Shown here in pieces: positions 50,268-62,923 of a DNA stretch of 64,000 nucleotides. The notes under the pieces are model-generated. The model worked only from the letters and a program-made list of their open reading frames with translations. It did not search any database and was not told the DNA's origin. Both the position numbers and the translations under genes were made by a program. Source of the stretch: Octopus sinensis (taxonomy: Eukaryota); NCBI RefSeq assembly GCF_006345805.1, contig NC_043004.1, positions 64,294,001 to 64,358,000 of the forward strand. The letters run 5' to 3'. Within the stretch, counting starts at the first letter, position 1; each line of letters opens with the position of its first letter.

Positions 50268-50583
50268 TCTTTTACTCTTTTCAGTCATTTAACAGTGGTC
50301 ATGCTGGAGCACAGCCTTGAAGGGTTTTAGTGAAACAAATCAAGCCTAGTACTTATTCTTTTGGTCTTTTTTGCCAAATTGCTAAGTTATGAGAATGTAA
50401 ACACACCAACACTGATTGTCAAGTGGTGATGGAGGGGGGACAATCACACACACACACACACATATACACTCAGTAAGCTTCTCTCAGTTTCTGTCTATCA
50501 AATCCACTCACAAGGTTATAATAGAAGATACTTGCCCAAGATGCCACACAGTGGGACTGAACCCAGAACCATGTGGTTGGGAA
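50268..50583 (-). mobile_element. SINE family A copy
   Basis: Reverse-complement match. Confidence 0.8.
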
Positions 50584-51351
50584 ACAATCTGAAAGATCTT
50601 GGTATAAGAAGTTAGTACCTTTCAAGTATGTACACAGCTAGTATAGATGACAAAATGGTGCACAATATACAATAATGAGAGTTTTATAACCATTGTCTGT
50701 TATGCACTTCGTCCTGTTGTGAAACCAATGGAAATTTCAGTAAGGTAACAGTCATTATACAACTCGCAGTTTAGCAACTAAAACTGTTAAACATGCAAAT
50801 AAAAGTCTGAAATTCTTGCACACACACACACACACCATCTCTAGTAAAGATGGTGCTATGTGATTCAAATGAATTTGGCCATTTCTAACAGATATGGTAA
50901 CTGCATAGAAGCTTCGTTATTGATTCCTGTGAGAAATATGTTCATATTCTCATATAAATTAATGAGCAGGCTATAAAATTAACATACTCTAATAAAAAAA
51001 AAATCACCCAAATATGAATTTTTATGACACTAATTTTTTTCCTGCAAAGATAAGAATGACTACATATTTTTTTTTAACCCATCATCCATTTATCTTTCTT
51101 ATGATTTGAATTTAGCACCTTTTAGGTTACAAATTTCTGTCTTCATCATCATTTTATATCACTGTTCCACATAGGCATGAACTGGGTTGCTCTTTAGAGT
51201 AATTCTTATTCTTAGTTAACTTTCCCTCCACTTTAAACTGAACATTCTCAACTGATCTGATGCCTGTTTTAACCAACAGCCAAAAGAACTGATGCAGTTT
51301 AGAGTATAAAATACTTTGACCCAGAAACATGATAAAAACATAATAATTCAC

Positions 51352-51420
51352 CTACAGAGGATTCGAACCCCCCATTCTATAAGCAGTTAGCCCAACACCT
51401 TATCCATTCAGCCATCTTAC
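51352..51420 (-). pseudogene. tRNA-like pseudogene or isolated SINE head
   Basis: Minus strand 'gtaagatggctgaatggataaggtgttgggctaactgcttatagaatggggggttcgaatcctctgtag' has A-box TGGCTGAATGG and B-box GGTTCGAATCC, but the acceptor and anticodon stems do not pair. Confidence 0.5.
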
Positions 51421-52010
51421 CCCTACTCAATAAAGATGAGACAGCTTCAGAAACATTAAGCAAGGGGGTTTATTTTGTTGAGCCACAATATTCCTGCTAC
51501 TCAAAGCTGAATGGCCTTCAATAACAATAGCAACAAAAACAACACTGATTCAATATATAGAACAGCTAGACTAATTACCACACTGACCCCATTAACCAGT
51601 TGGTTCGTTAGATCTCTGGTTCTTTAGATAATTGGAACCACAACCATTATGACAGCCAAAGCCATTGCACTCTATGCACTTGCTCTGCTATAAATATGTG
51701 TGCTGTGTACTTTAATTATTTTAGTATTAATAGGAAAATTTGATATCGTATTCAAATGCACATTAACGCTCACACACATATACATATTGTAATGAATGCA
51801 GAGCCACTCGACAGAATAGGGGTACTATACGCACATACATACACACACACACACACATATATACATATATCTCTATATATATACATATATTTATATATGT
51901 ATGCATACATGTATCTTTACCTATACAAATGCATACTTTTCTGCCTATATATTATTTGTGCATAAGAAAGAGAGATGACTATGAAATAAACGATTATCTT
52001 ATGAGCTTCA

Positions 52011-52095
52011 GTAGCTTACAGTTGTTTCTGTGATAAGATGCAATGGACTCATAGTTGAATGCCTGAGTAACACTTTATAACTTCATCAGAGCCTC
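52011..52095 (-). ncRNA. Candidate type I hammerhead ribozyme with long stem II
   Basis: GAGGCT-CTGATGA-A-GTTATAAAGTG-tt-ACTCA-ggcattcaacta-TGAGT-ccattg-CATCTTATCAC-A-GAAA-CAACTG-TA-AGCTAC: intact core, stem I GGCT/AGCT, stem III ACA/TGT, GUA triplet. Confidence 0.6.
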
Positions 52096-52390
52096 GGAAA
52101 TGAAGTGAATATTTAGGAAAAGAATTACATTTATGCATCAATTATGTTTTGCATACATACACACACACACACAATGTCATTGAATGCTCGAAATGAGGAG
52201 TAGACAGGCAGCCGACAACAGATGAAGGCTACTTTCTCTGTTTACTTGTCCTGTTTTCCATTTTTTCTGGGTGTTTACATATTTCACTCATTTTCCCTCA
52301 TTTGTTTATGTATTACATATATTATTTGCAACGTTGGTGATGTTCTGTACACATATATGCATGTAATTTATATATATATATATACTTCCA

Positions 52391-52421
<31 letters not shown>

Positions 52422-52916
52422 TTTTAGGCTTATATAAATATATATATATGCACAGGAGTGGCTGTGTGATAAGTAGCTTGCTTACCAAGCACATGGTTCT
52501 GGGTTCAGTCCCACTGTGTGGCACCTTGGACAAGTGTCTTCTACCAGTAAATGTGAAATATGAAAACGAAGGAGTTAAATATGCAATGAGAGAAAAAATG
52601 GAGAGGAGACAGACGGCCGACAACTGATGAAGGGTCATTCTTTGTGTTACTTGTCCTCTTTTCCATTTTTTCCTCTTGTTGCTTGTGTATTGACACTCAT
52701 TTGTTCCCATGCACAGATATGCTTATATATTATTTATATTATTATTTAACTGAATGGCATGCATCCATTTCCATATAAGGAGTAAATATTTATATAGACA
52801 TTATTATTGTTATTATTATCTGCAGTAAATACAAATTGTTGATAATAACAACAACAATAATATAGGTTGGTTCTAACTCCTCTTTATAGCAGGTATGCGC
52901 CTTGTGTGCGTTTCTG

Positions 52917-52956
<40 letters not shown>

Positions 52957-53051
52957 ACACATAAATATTTACATACACAGGCATATATGCATATATATAT
53001 ATATATATATATATATAAACACACATAAATATTTACATACACAGGCATATA

Positions 53052-53093
<42 letters not shown>

Positions 53094-54174
53094 ACCTGTA
53101 GGTATATGCATATATACACACACACACACGTGTGTATGTGTGTGTGCAAAGATACCCAAAAACCAAGGTGCTATGCCTTTGTGTTGGTGCCATGTAAAAG
53201 CCCCTGGTATACTTTGTAAAGTGGTTGGTGTTAGGAAGGGCATATAGCTGTAGAAACCAATCCAAAACAGACTAAGGAACCCAGTGCAGGCTCTGGCCTT
53301 GCCAGTTCAAGACAAACCGTCCAACCCATGCCAGCATGGAAAGCATGTGTTAAATGATGATAGTGATGATGATGGTGTGTGCATGTGTGTACACACGCAA
53401 AAGCATGTTCACACAGCAATAGGAATTTCTATGCAAACATACACTCACACATGCAATATTAGCTCTAGCAAACACACACACACACACACAGAGAAATTCT
53501 CTCACACATATATACACCCAAATTCTTATGCACTTGAAAACAAATGCTTTCTCTAGTCTTTCACACACACAATCATTCACCTTTTCATACACATTACAAG
53601 AACACTCATCATCATCATCACCATCAACACCATCATCCTACTACCGCCAACACCACTGCAGCTGCCATCAGTCGTAGATCTACACACACACATACACACT
53701 TAAGCACAGCATCTTCTACCCAAGATCTCTGTTATTCATTTGTTCAAATACATACACAGTAATGCTTTTGACTCTTTTTCATATACACCACTATATACAC
53801 ACACAAATTCATTCTACATATACACACAGCCGTGAAGAAATAATGAAATTTGGTGTATATAGAGTGAACAGTACAAACAGTTGGTTGGAAGTTGTTTTAC
53901 TGGCAAATTGCCCATCTTTGATGGTTCTGAATTCAAAGACAGCTGCACCACACACTGCAACTGTCTCTTCAGACTTTTGGTACCAAATAGTGCATCTATT
54001 TGCTGGTACATCAACAGTCAATGCATCTCTTGCACAGCCACGCAGAGCAACAAACACCCCCCCACACACACAATATGTGTGTGTGTGTGTGTGTGTGCAT
54101 ATAAATATGTATGTGTGTATGCACATGTATATATATTCATGTATATGTGTTTATGTGTGTGTGTGTGTGTATGT

Positions 54175-54194
54175 AAGTATAATGTATGTATTTA

Positions 54195-54226
<32 letters not shown>

Positions 54227-54345
54227 AGTATAATGTATGTATTTATGTGTGTGTGTATATATATATATAAGTATAATGTATGTATTTATGTGTGTGTATA
54301 TATATATATATATAAGTATAATGTATGTATTTATGTATATATATA
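54175..54345. repeat. Four units of about 43-51 bp 'aagtataatgtatgtatttatg(tg)n(ta)n'
   Basis: Unit starts at 54175, 54226, 54269 and 54314. Confidence 0.85.
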
Positions 54346-55129
54346 AATATATATATATTTATGTATGTATATATGTTTTTATGTATGTGTGTATATATGT
54401 ATAGATAGATAGATAGATATAAGTATTTATGTGATATGTATTTATATATACGTGTGTGTGTGTGTATATATAAATATGTGTGTGTGTGTGTGTGCATATC
54501 CATTTAATGCATTTGTAGTGCTGACTTGTCCTTTTGTCATATCTAATACTCACTCATATAACCGCTCTGACTTACTATTCGCACATACCAACACACACAC
54601 ATATACATAAATACTGTATGTTCATATGTATGTATACCTTAGACACACAAATGCATACACGCACATATATATGTGTGTGTATATGTAATATATAGTCTTG
54701 GTAATAGATGCAATTTTGTGTATGAACGTCGCACATACACAGAGTACATGTATGTAGAGAGTCAAAAGTGTGTATATAGAAATACATGTTTCACTAGGAC
54801 ACATTATATTACAGAGGCGAATATGTGAAAACGTGTAGTCACCATAATTACATTTTCTCTGTATTTTCTGCAATTGAATGGAAGGTTCTAGAACGAAGTC
54901 ATCAACTGGGTTTCACTGTCTGCCTCACCATCACTTTATTTTTACTTAGATTATCACATATTCATCTCATGCTTTCCTATTGATTTCTTAAGAAAGAAAT
55001 CACCACCACCACCACCACCATCACCTCCACCATCATCACAATCATCATCATCATCACCATCATCTTCATCACCACCATCATCATCATCATCACCACCATC
55101 ATCATCATCATCACCACCATCATCATCAT

Positions 55130-55637
55130 CATTTGCAGCTATACATTCTGAGTTCAAATTCCACCAAGGCCGACTTTGCCTTTCATCCTTTCAGGGTCAA
55201 TTAAATAAGTACCAGTTACACACTGGGGTCGATATAATCGACTTAATCTGTTTGTCTGTCCTTGTTTGTCCCCTCTGTGTGTAGCCCCTTGTGGGCACTA
55301 AAGAAATAAGAATTAGTCAAGACCTGTTAAGTGAAGTCATTGTTGTGGCTGATGCCAGTCCTGCCTGACTGGCTCTCGTGCCGGTGGAACATAAAAAGCA
55401 CCATTCAAGTGTGGTCGATGTCAGGACCATCTGACTGGCTCCTGTGCTGGTGGCACATAAAAAGCACGTACTACACTCTTGGAGTGGTTGGCGTTAGGAA
55501 GGGCATCAAGCTGTAGAAGCATTGCCAGATTGGAGCCTGGTGCAGCCTTCTGGCTTGCCAGTCCTCAGTCAAACCATCCAGCCCATGCCAAACTGGAAAG
55601 CAGACGTTAAACGACGATGATGATGATGATGATGATT
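55130..55637 (+). mobile_element. Truncated SINE family B followed by a family C repeat
   Basis: Family B about 55130-55315; family C about 55328-55637 ending in (ATG)n. Confidence 0.8.
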
Positions 55638-56159
55638 GAATAATGGTATTGTACTACTAGATGGTCAAGAATTACAGAGAGTGTTTAGTTAGGAAGTGGT
55701 AAGCTGGCTGCTGCAGTGGACTTGCATCTTAACCCAGTAGAGATCACTCATTCAGTTTGTTTAGTACTAAATCAACTCTAATGATAAACCCTGACCCTTA
55801 AAATATCTTTGACAATAATCACTTATCCAAAAAGTCATGAATAGGCATAGGAGTAGCTGTGTGGTAAGTAGCTTGCTTATGAACCACATGGTTCCGAGTT
55901 CAATCCAGCTGTGTGGCACCTTGGGCAAATGTCTTCTATTATAGCCTCGGGCCGACCAAAGTCTTGTGAGTGGATTTGGTAGATGAAAACTGAAAGAAGC
56001 CTGTTGTATATGTGTATGTATATATATATATATATATATTGACCACATATATGAAGAATACTATTAATTCATGCATAGGTACCCAGCAACGCAGTGGTTA
56101 TAATAGTATTAGTGATGGTTGGGGTAGTTAGTACTGGTGTTGGATGCTGCTTTTAGTAT

Positions 56160-56378
56160 TGGTTTCAAATTTTGGCACAAGGCCAGCAATTTCGGGGGGA
56201 AGGACTAAGTTGATCCCATCAACTCCAGTGCCCATCTGATACTTATTTTATTATTGACTCCGAAAGGATGAAAAGCAAAGTCAACCTCAGCAAAATTTGA
56301 ACACAGAATGTAAAGACAATCGAAATGCCGCTAAGCATTTTGCCAAGCATGCTAACGGTTCTGCAAGCTTGCCACCTC
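56160..56378 (-). mobile_element. SINE family B copy
   Basis: Reverse-complement match. Confidence 0.8.
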
Positions 56379-56900
56379 TCTGTTGCTTTTAGCATTGGTA
56401 GTTATTCTAGTTAATATTGGTGGCAATGGTAACTGGTATTGGTTATAATGGTTATAATGGTTACTATAGAAGTTTTGGCTCTTAGTGGTGGCCTCTTGTG
56501 TCATTATCATTTTTACCTTCATAATATATTTTTTAACAGCTATGCAGGCCTCTCATTTTGTCTCTTAGTCATTGCTCCCTGCACAGCATCTAATCTCCTG
56601 TGACCATCTTGCCTGTTTCATCTTTTGCAATTTTTCTCCGCTTCTCTCTTTTCTCTCCTCTTTTCTCATCACATTTTTCTTCCTTTTTAACCTCTTTGTC
56701 TATTTCTTTCTTTCTTCAACCAATTATTCTCATTCAAAAATGACAGACAAGAAAAGTACAGGAGGAGAATGAATAGGGACTAATGTCCAAAACATCAGAA
56801 CATCCACCTCTTGTTGCCTTCTTCCTTCTTATGATCATTGCCTTCATATATATACATATGTGTATGTGTATGTGTGTATACATGTGTTTAGATATATGTG

Positions 56901-56948
<48 letters not shown>

Positions 56949-57072
56949 CTCCATCCTGTGTACCCATTATCATATCTCTAGTGAGACACTCTCAGCTTCA
57001 CTTTCAATTAAAAAAACATATCCAGTACAACTTATATTGAGCATTCCTTTCTCATTCAATTGATATAAAGCA

Positions 57073-57109
<37 letters not shown>

Positions 57110-58307
57110 AGAGTATTGTAGTTCGCTTGAAGCATTGTGTATTGTTTGTAAAGAATAAAAAGTTTTGAATGGTACAACAATGCATTATAATACAGACAAT
57201 GGTCTGTGTATACCTGTTGTAATTTAGTCATCCATAGTCTGATCTGATATTTTGGAATAATATTCCTTCTTCAGATATTCTGAAGTGGAGTCGCTGCTAT
57301 AATATATAATATGTGACAACCAACTAATTGTCACATATTATATTTTATAGATAAATTCTTCTATTTTACATAATATTGAGGTCTCATTCATTCATTTGTT
57401 ATCATATTATTATTAATATATATATATATATATACACACATACAATTTTGGCATTAGGAAGAGCATCCAGCCATAGAAACCAGGCCAAATCAGACTGGAA
57501 CCTGGTACAGCTCTCTGGTGTACCAGTTCCAGGCAAACTGACTAACCCATGCCAGCATTGAAAGCAGACACTAAATGATTATGATGATGATGATAATGAC
57601 TTACTCATAAGATGGGGGAGGTAGTTTATTTTGTTTTCATTCAGTAACTTTTAACTTAATACTGAGTGAAATATCTCTTTTAATTAACAGGTAGAGCCTC
57701 CTTTTAATTAGATTAATATTCCTTGACCACATCCAATATTTCTGTCAAATCTAGGTATTTCCTTAAACTATATTGAAGCAATAACAAGACATCTTGTTCC
57801 CCTTTCCCACCTCCACTGCTTTTATAACTCACACATATTTTTCTCAGAAATCAATGTCTATCTGTTTGTCTGTCTGTGTATATATATGTATTTGCATATG
57901 TGTGTGCCAATGTATATGTGTATCTATTTGTGTGTATGTATACAATATATTTGCGTGTCTATGTATATAAGATTGCGTATGTCGAAATAGATGTGTTTAT
58001 ATGCATTTATGTGTGTGTGTGTGTGTGTATTTCTCTGTGTTTATGTATGTCAAGTATCTTTGTGTGTGTTTAATCAAGGTTTTCTGGTATTCTTCTTCTT
58101 GTATTTTGTTGTTTGTTTTTGTTCGAAGTGATGCTGATATTGATGAATAATATTGATGATGATAACTGCAGAGAAGAACAATCAAAGTATAGTCAGTCAA
58201 TGGTAGTAGTGGCTGTCGTAGCAGTAGCTGTAGTAATAGTGATAGTAGAACCAACAATGAAATTTTAAAAATCAAGGTTACCAAGAAGAGCAATGAAAAG
58301 TAAACAA

Positions 58308-58560
58308 CAATAACTACATTGTGCCACCTACAATAACTACATTGTGCCACCTACAATAACTACATTGTGCCACCTACATTAGCTACATTGTGCCACCTAC
58401 AATAACTACATTGTGCCACCTACAATAACTACATTGTGCCACCTACAATAACTACATTGTGCCACCTACAATAACTACATTGTGCCACCTGCATTAGCTA
58501 CATTGTGCCACCTAAAATGACAACTACGCTGTGCCACCTACAATGACAGCTATACTGCTA
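58308..58560. repeat. 23-bp minisatellite (caataactacattgtgccaccta), about 10.5 units
   Basis: Units 1-9 are exactly 23 bp; the variant 'cattagc' occurs at units 4 and 9; units 10-11 are degenerate. Confidence 0.95.
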
Positions 58561-58621
58561 CAGTTAATATGAAGGTGATATCACACAAGATCGAGACCAG
58601 AAACACACAAACACACATACT

Positions 58622-59222
58622 CACGTACAACAAGCTTCTTTCAGTTTCCATCTGCCAAATTCACTTACAGTGCTTTTGGTCAACCTACAGTAATAGTAGA
58701 AGTAACTTGCCCAAGGTGACATGCAGTGGGACTGAACCGGAAACCATGTAGTTGACAAACAAACTTCTAATCCACGGCTATGCCTACACACACACACACA
58801 GATTTTTGTTATGCACACATTCACACCCTTTTGATCATATACACAAACAGGCATGGATAAGTGGTAAGAACTTTGCTTCCCAACCACAAGTTTCAGGGTT
58901 CAGTCCCTGTAGAGGCAAGTATCTTCTTCCGTGGCCTTGGGTTGACCAAAGCCTTGTGAATGGGTTTGGTAGATGGAAACTGAAAGAAACCTGCCATGTG
59001 TGTGTGTGTATGCATGTCTGTGTGTCTTTGAGTCTGTGTTTGTTTTCCACCACCAATTGACAACTGGCGTTGGTGCGTTTATGTCCCTGTAACTTAGCTG
59101 TTTGGCAAAAGAGATTGATAGAATAAGTACCAAGCTTTTGAAGAAATAATTCCTAGGGTAATTCTTCAAGTCAGTACCCTACCATGGCTGCAGTCCAATG
59201 ACTGAAACCAGTAAACGATATA
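58622..59222. mobile_element. Head-to-head SINE family A pair (58622-58785 minus; 58850-59222 plus)
   Basis: Family A motifs on opposite strands. Confidence 0.8.
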
Positions 59223-59348
59223 AACATACAAATATGAGAGAGATTTTCAGACACATACATACTCATATAAACACATACCCAGACACACACATACAGACTT
59301 GTATGTAAGAAACATACCCTTTGAACTATATTCACATACTTATAAATA

Positions 59349-59421
<73 letters not shown>

Positions 59422-59739
59422 TCAGACATAGACATGCTTGTATGAATATATGAATAAATATAAATATATATATATACTCTGACACAAATACACATAGAAA
59501 GCTAATATAGTATAAAACATACCCTTTCAACAATACACACATACACATACTTATGAATATATATATATATATATATATATACTCAGACAAACATACAATC
59601 GCATGCTCATTCATTCATATAAATATATAGACACTCGCAGACGCAAAGAATTCTGAAGTGTTTCAGTTTGGTCCAATTCGGCAGTTCCTAATACTGTGAC
59701 CTATTAAACTGTCTGTTTTCTTTATTGATTTCGTGGGGA

Positions 59740-60217
59740 GGTGGTGGTGGTGGTGGTGGTGGGGGCGATGAGGAGGAGGGGGAGGAAGGAGGGGAGCGGG
59801 TTAATACCAAACTGTAACATGCAGCTACATAACAACTGCAACCACCACCACCGTCATCACTACCACCAGCGCCACTGCCATCGCTATCATTCACTAAAGA
59901 TGCTACCACCGCCTCGGCTATCAACGCCACCCCTGCTACCAAGCTTGTAAAAATCATCAGCATCACTACCATTGCTACCACTATAACTATGAATATAATA
60001 ACCACCACTACCACCAAAGCTAATAAAAGCTACCACCACCACCACTACCACCAATACTATTACCAACACTAGGATAGCTGTGAAGACTATTTCTGCTACT
60101 ACCGCCAATACTACATTAGCTGTAAACACTGCAGTCACCACCGCTACCACCTGTACCACTACAACTTTAAATACAATCATTACCACTACTGCCAATACTA
60201 TACCACTGTGCTGCTAT

Positions 60218-60248
<31 letters not shown>

Positions 60249-60710
60249 GCTACACTTGACATTATTATCACCACTGACGCTACTACTGCTACAGCTATAA
60301 ACGCTACTATTACTAGCACTGCAACTATCCCCATCAACATCATGGCCACCACCATCATCAGCATTATCATCATCATCATCGCCATCACCACCATCATCAT
60401 CGTCATCGTCGCCATCATCATCACCACCATCACTACCACCACTACCACCACCACTATCATCATCATCATCATCATCTCCATCAAAGCTAATATCACCATC
60501 ATCATTGCTACCACCACCATCATCACCACTACCGTCATCATCTCCATCATCAATGCTATCATCACCATCACCGCCACCACCACAACTATAGCCATCACCA
60601 TCATCACCATCACCACCCCTACCACTACTATCACCATTACCTTCACCTACACCATCTCTACAATCATCATAACTACCACCACAACCATCACCTCCACCCC
60701 TGACCACCAC
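59740..60710. repeat. About 1-kb degenerate trinucleotide tract (GGT)n, then (ACC/ACT/GCT)n, then (ATC/ACC)n
   Basis: Seen directly; open in several frames on both strands because of low complexity. Confidence 0.9.
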
Positions 60711-60879
60711 AACTTAGAATCAAAGAGATGAGAAAGCAGTGAAGACAGTGGAAAGCAGACCGGTCCAATCCATACTAGCGTGGGGGAAATGGGTGCTACA
60801 ATGGTAAATACTAATATGGGCAGATGGTATGGGCAGATGGTATGGGCAGATGGTATGATCTATCTTTTGGTATTATAGG

Positions 60880-61610
60880 TGAAGGTATGGCCGTGTGGTT
60901 AAGAAGTTCGCTCTACAACCATGTAGTGTCTGGTTCAGTTCCACTGTATGGCACCTTGGCCACAAGTATCTTTAACTATTTATTGCTCCGGGCTGATCAC
61001 TACCTTGTGAGTGGATCTGACAGACTGGAAACTATGTGGAAGCCTGTTATGTGTGTGTGTGTGCATGCGTGTGTGCATGTGCATGCACATGTGTGTACGT
61101 GTGTGTCTTTGTATTTAGGATTGACCCTCCCACCATCACTTCATAACTGATGCTGGTTTGTTTACATCCTTTTAACTTAGCAGCTCAGGAAAAACATTTG
61201 ATAGAGTAAGAACCAGGCATAAAGATAAGTATGGTGATCGATTTAACTAAATCGTTCAAGGCAATGCCCCAGCATGGCAGGAATCCAAATCAGAAACAAG
61301 TAAAAGATCATAAATAGATATGCACAAGAGTGGCTGTGTGGTTGAACCGCTAGGTTACAGTTACGTGAACCTACCAACATTGGTGTCAAGCAATGGTAGA
61401 GGGACAAACACAGACCCACAAATATATATATATATATATATATACACGACAGGCTTCTTTAGGTTTTCATCTACCAAATCCACTTACAAGGCTTTGGTTG
61501 GCCCAAGGCTATAGTAGAAGACACTTGCCCAAGGTGCCACGCAGTGGGACTGAACCCGGAACCATGTGGTTGGGAAGCAAGCTACTTACCACACAGCCAC
61601 TCTTGTGCCT
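60880..61610. mobile_element. Tail-to-tail SINE family A pair (60880-61312 plus; 61344-61610 minus)
   Basis: Family A motifs on opposite strands, with an extra head fragment at 61322-61342. Confidence 0.85.
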
Positions 61611-62199
61611 TGTGTATATATATTGTGTGTGTTTTATATATACCTACCATTTACTGACTTATATATATATATACACATATACAAACACACATACACGCAC
61701 ACACTCTTGCATACACTTGAGTACAAAAGATCATTAAGTGATGAAATTACACATGACTACACAATAGCTAAACACCACACACACACACACACACACATGT
61801 ATATATCTAGAGTGAGGCACATACTCACATTGTGTATAATAATAGAGACAACAAATATAAATAATTCTTCAAAACTCTTTAAACTAATCCTCTTAAGATT
61901 GTTTGGAGTTTTACAAGCAATGTTTGCCTTTGTTGTTGTTGTTGTTGTTTTTGATCTTAAGATGTGTGTGTATATACATGTGTGTGTGTGTGTATATACA
62001 TGTGTGTGTGTGTGTGTGTGTCTATGTAATTGTGTATGTGTTGTTTTCTCTCTCTATTGATGTTGGTCTTGGAGACTAACCACTACAAAGGTCACCAGTT
62101 ATACACAGCTAAGTGCATGCAGTTTTGTCTGCACTAATACATCCTTTTGCAAACAGAATTCATATGCAAGCACATCATCATCATCAACATTATCAGCAA

Positions 62200-62416
62200 T
62201 ATTGGTTTCAGATTTAAATGCAAAGCCAGCAATTTCAGGGGAGGTAAGTAAGTTGATTACAATGACCCCTGTAATAAACTGGTATTTATTTAATGAACCC
62301 CAAAAAGATAAAACACAAAATTGATCTTGTCAGAATTTGTCCTCAAAACATACAAATGAAGAAAAGGCTGCTAAGCATTTTATCTAACATTGTAACAATT
62401 CAGCAATCTCACTGCC

Positions 62417-62457
<41 letters not shown>

Positions 62458-62650
62458 AAGCGGTGAGCTGACGCTGGGTGAAATGCTTAGCAGTATTCTG
62501 TCTGTCTTCCAGTTCTGAGTTCAAATGCCGCTGGGGTTGACTTTGCCTTTCATTTTTTCAGAGTCTACAAATTAAGTGCCAGGTACAACTAGTCTCCTCC
62601 CCACAAATTCCAGGTGTTGAGCCTATAGTACAAAGGATTGTTATTATTGT
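62200..62650. mobile_element. Head-to-head SINE family B pair around one (TTA)n tract
   Basis: Minus copy 62200-62417, (TTA)n 62418-62455, plus copy 62457-62650. Confidence 0.75.
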
Positions 62651-62880
62651 TATTATTATTAACAAAATGTAATGATATGCATAAGTAAACAATATGTACA
62701 CTTTCACATTCACACACAGACAAGCAGGCTTATGCAAGGACCAAGCGCATATATACAAATGCAATCAAATGTATATGCACACACATACATATGTGTATTT
62801 ATGCGCTTACATGCATACGCATATGTATAGATTTTCTAATGTGTATGCCAGTAGAGAAAAATGTGTAATTTGAAAACTGT

Positions 62881-62923
<43 letters not shown>

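Noticed and set aside
51352-51420. Functional tRNA gene
   Set aside because: A and B boxes are present but the acceptor and anticodon stems do not pair; kept only as a pseudogene or SINE head. A similar decayed head lies at about 1098-1173 (minus).
58308-58560. CRISPR-like appearance of the 23-bp array (also 1346-1573)
   Set aside because: The units are contiguous with no unique spacers, no cas genes are present, and the context is eukaryotic.
60815-60857. 13-bp unit (tatgggcagatgg) x3.3
   Set aside because: A real but trivial local slippage duplication.
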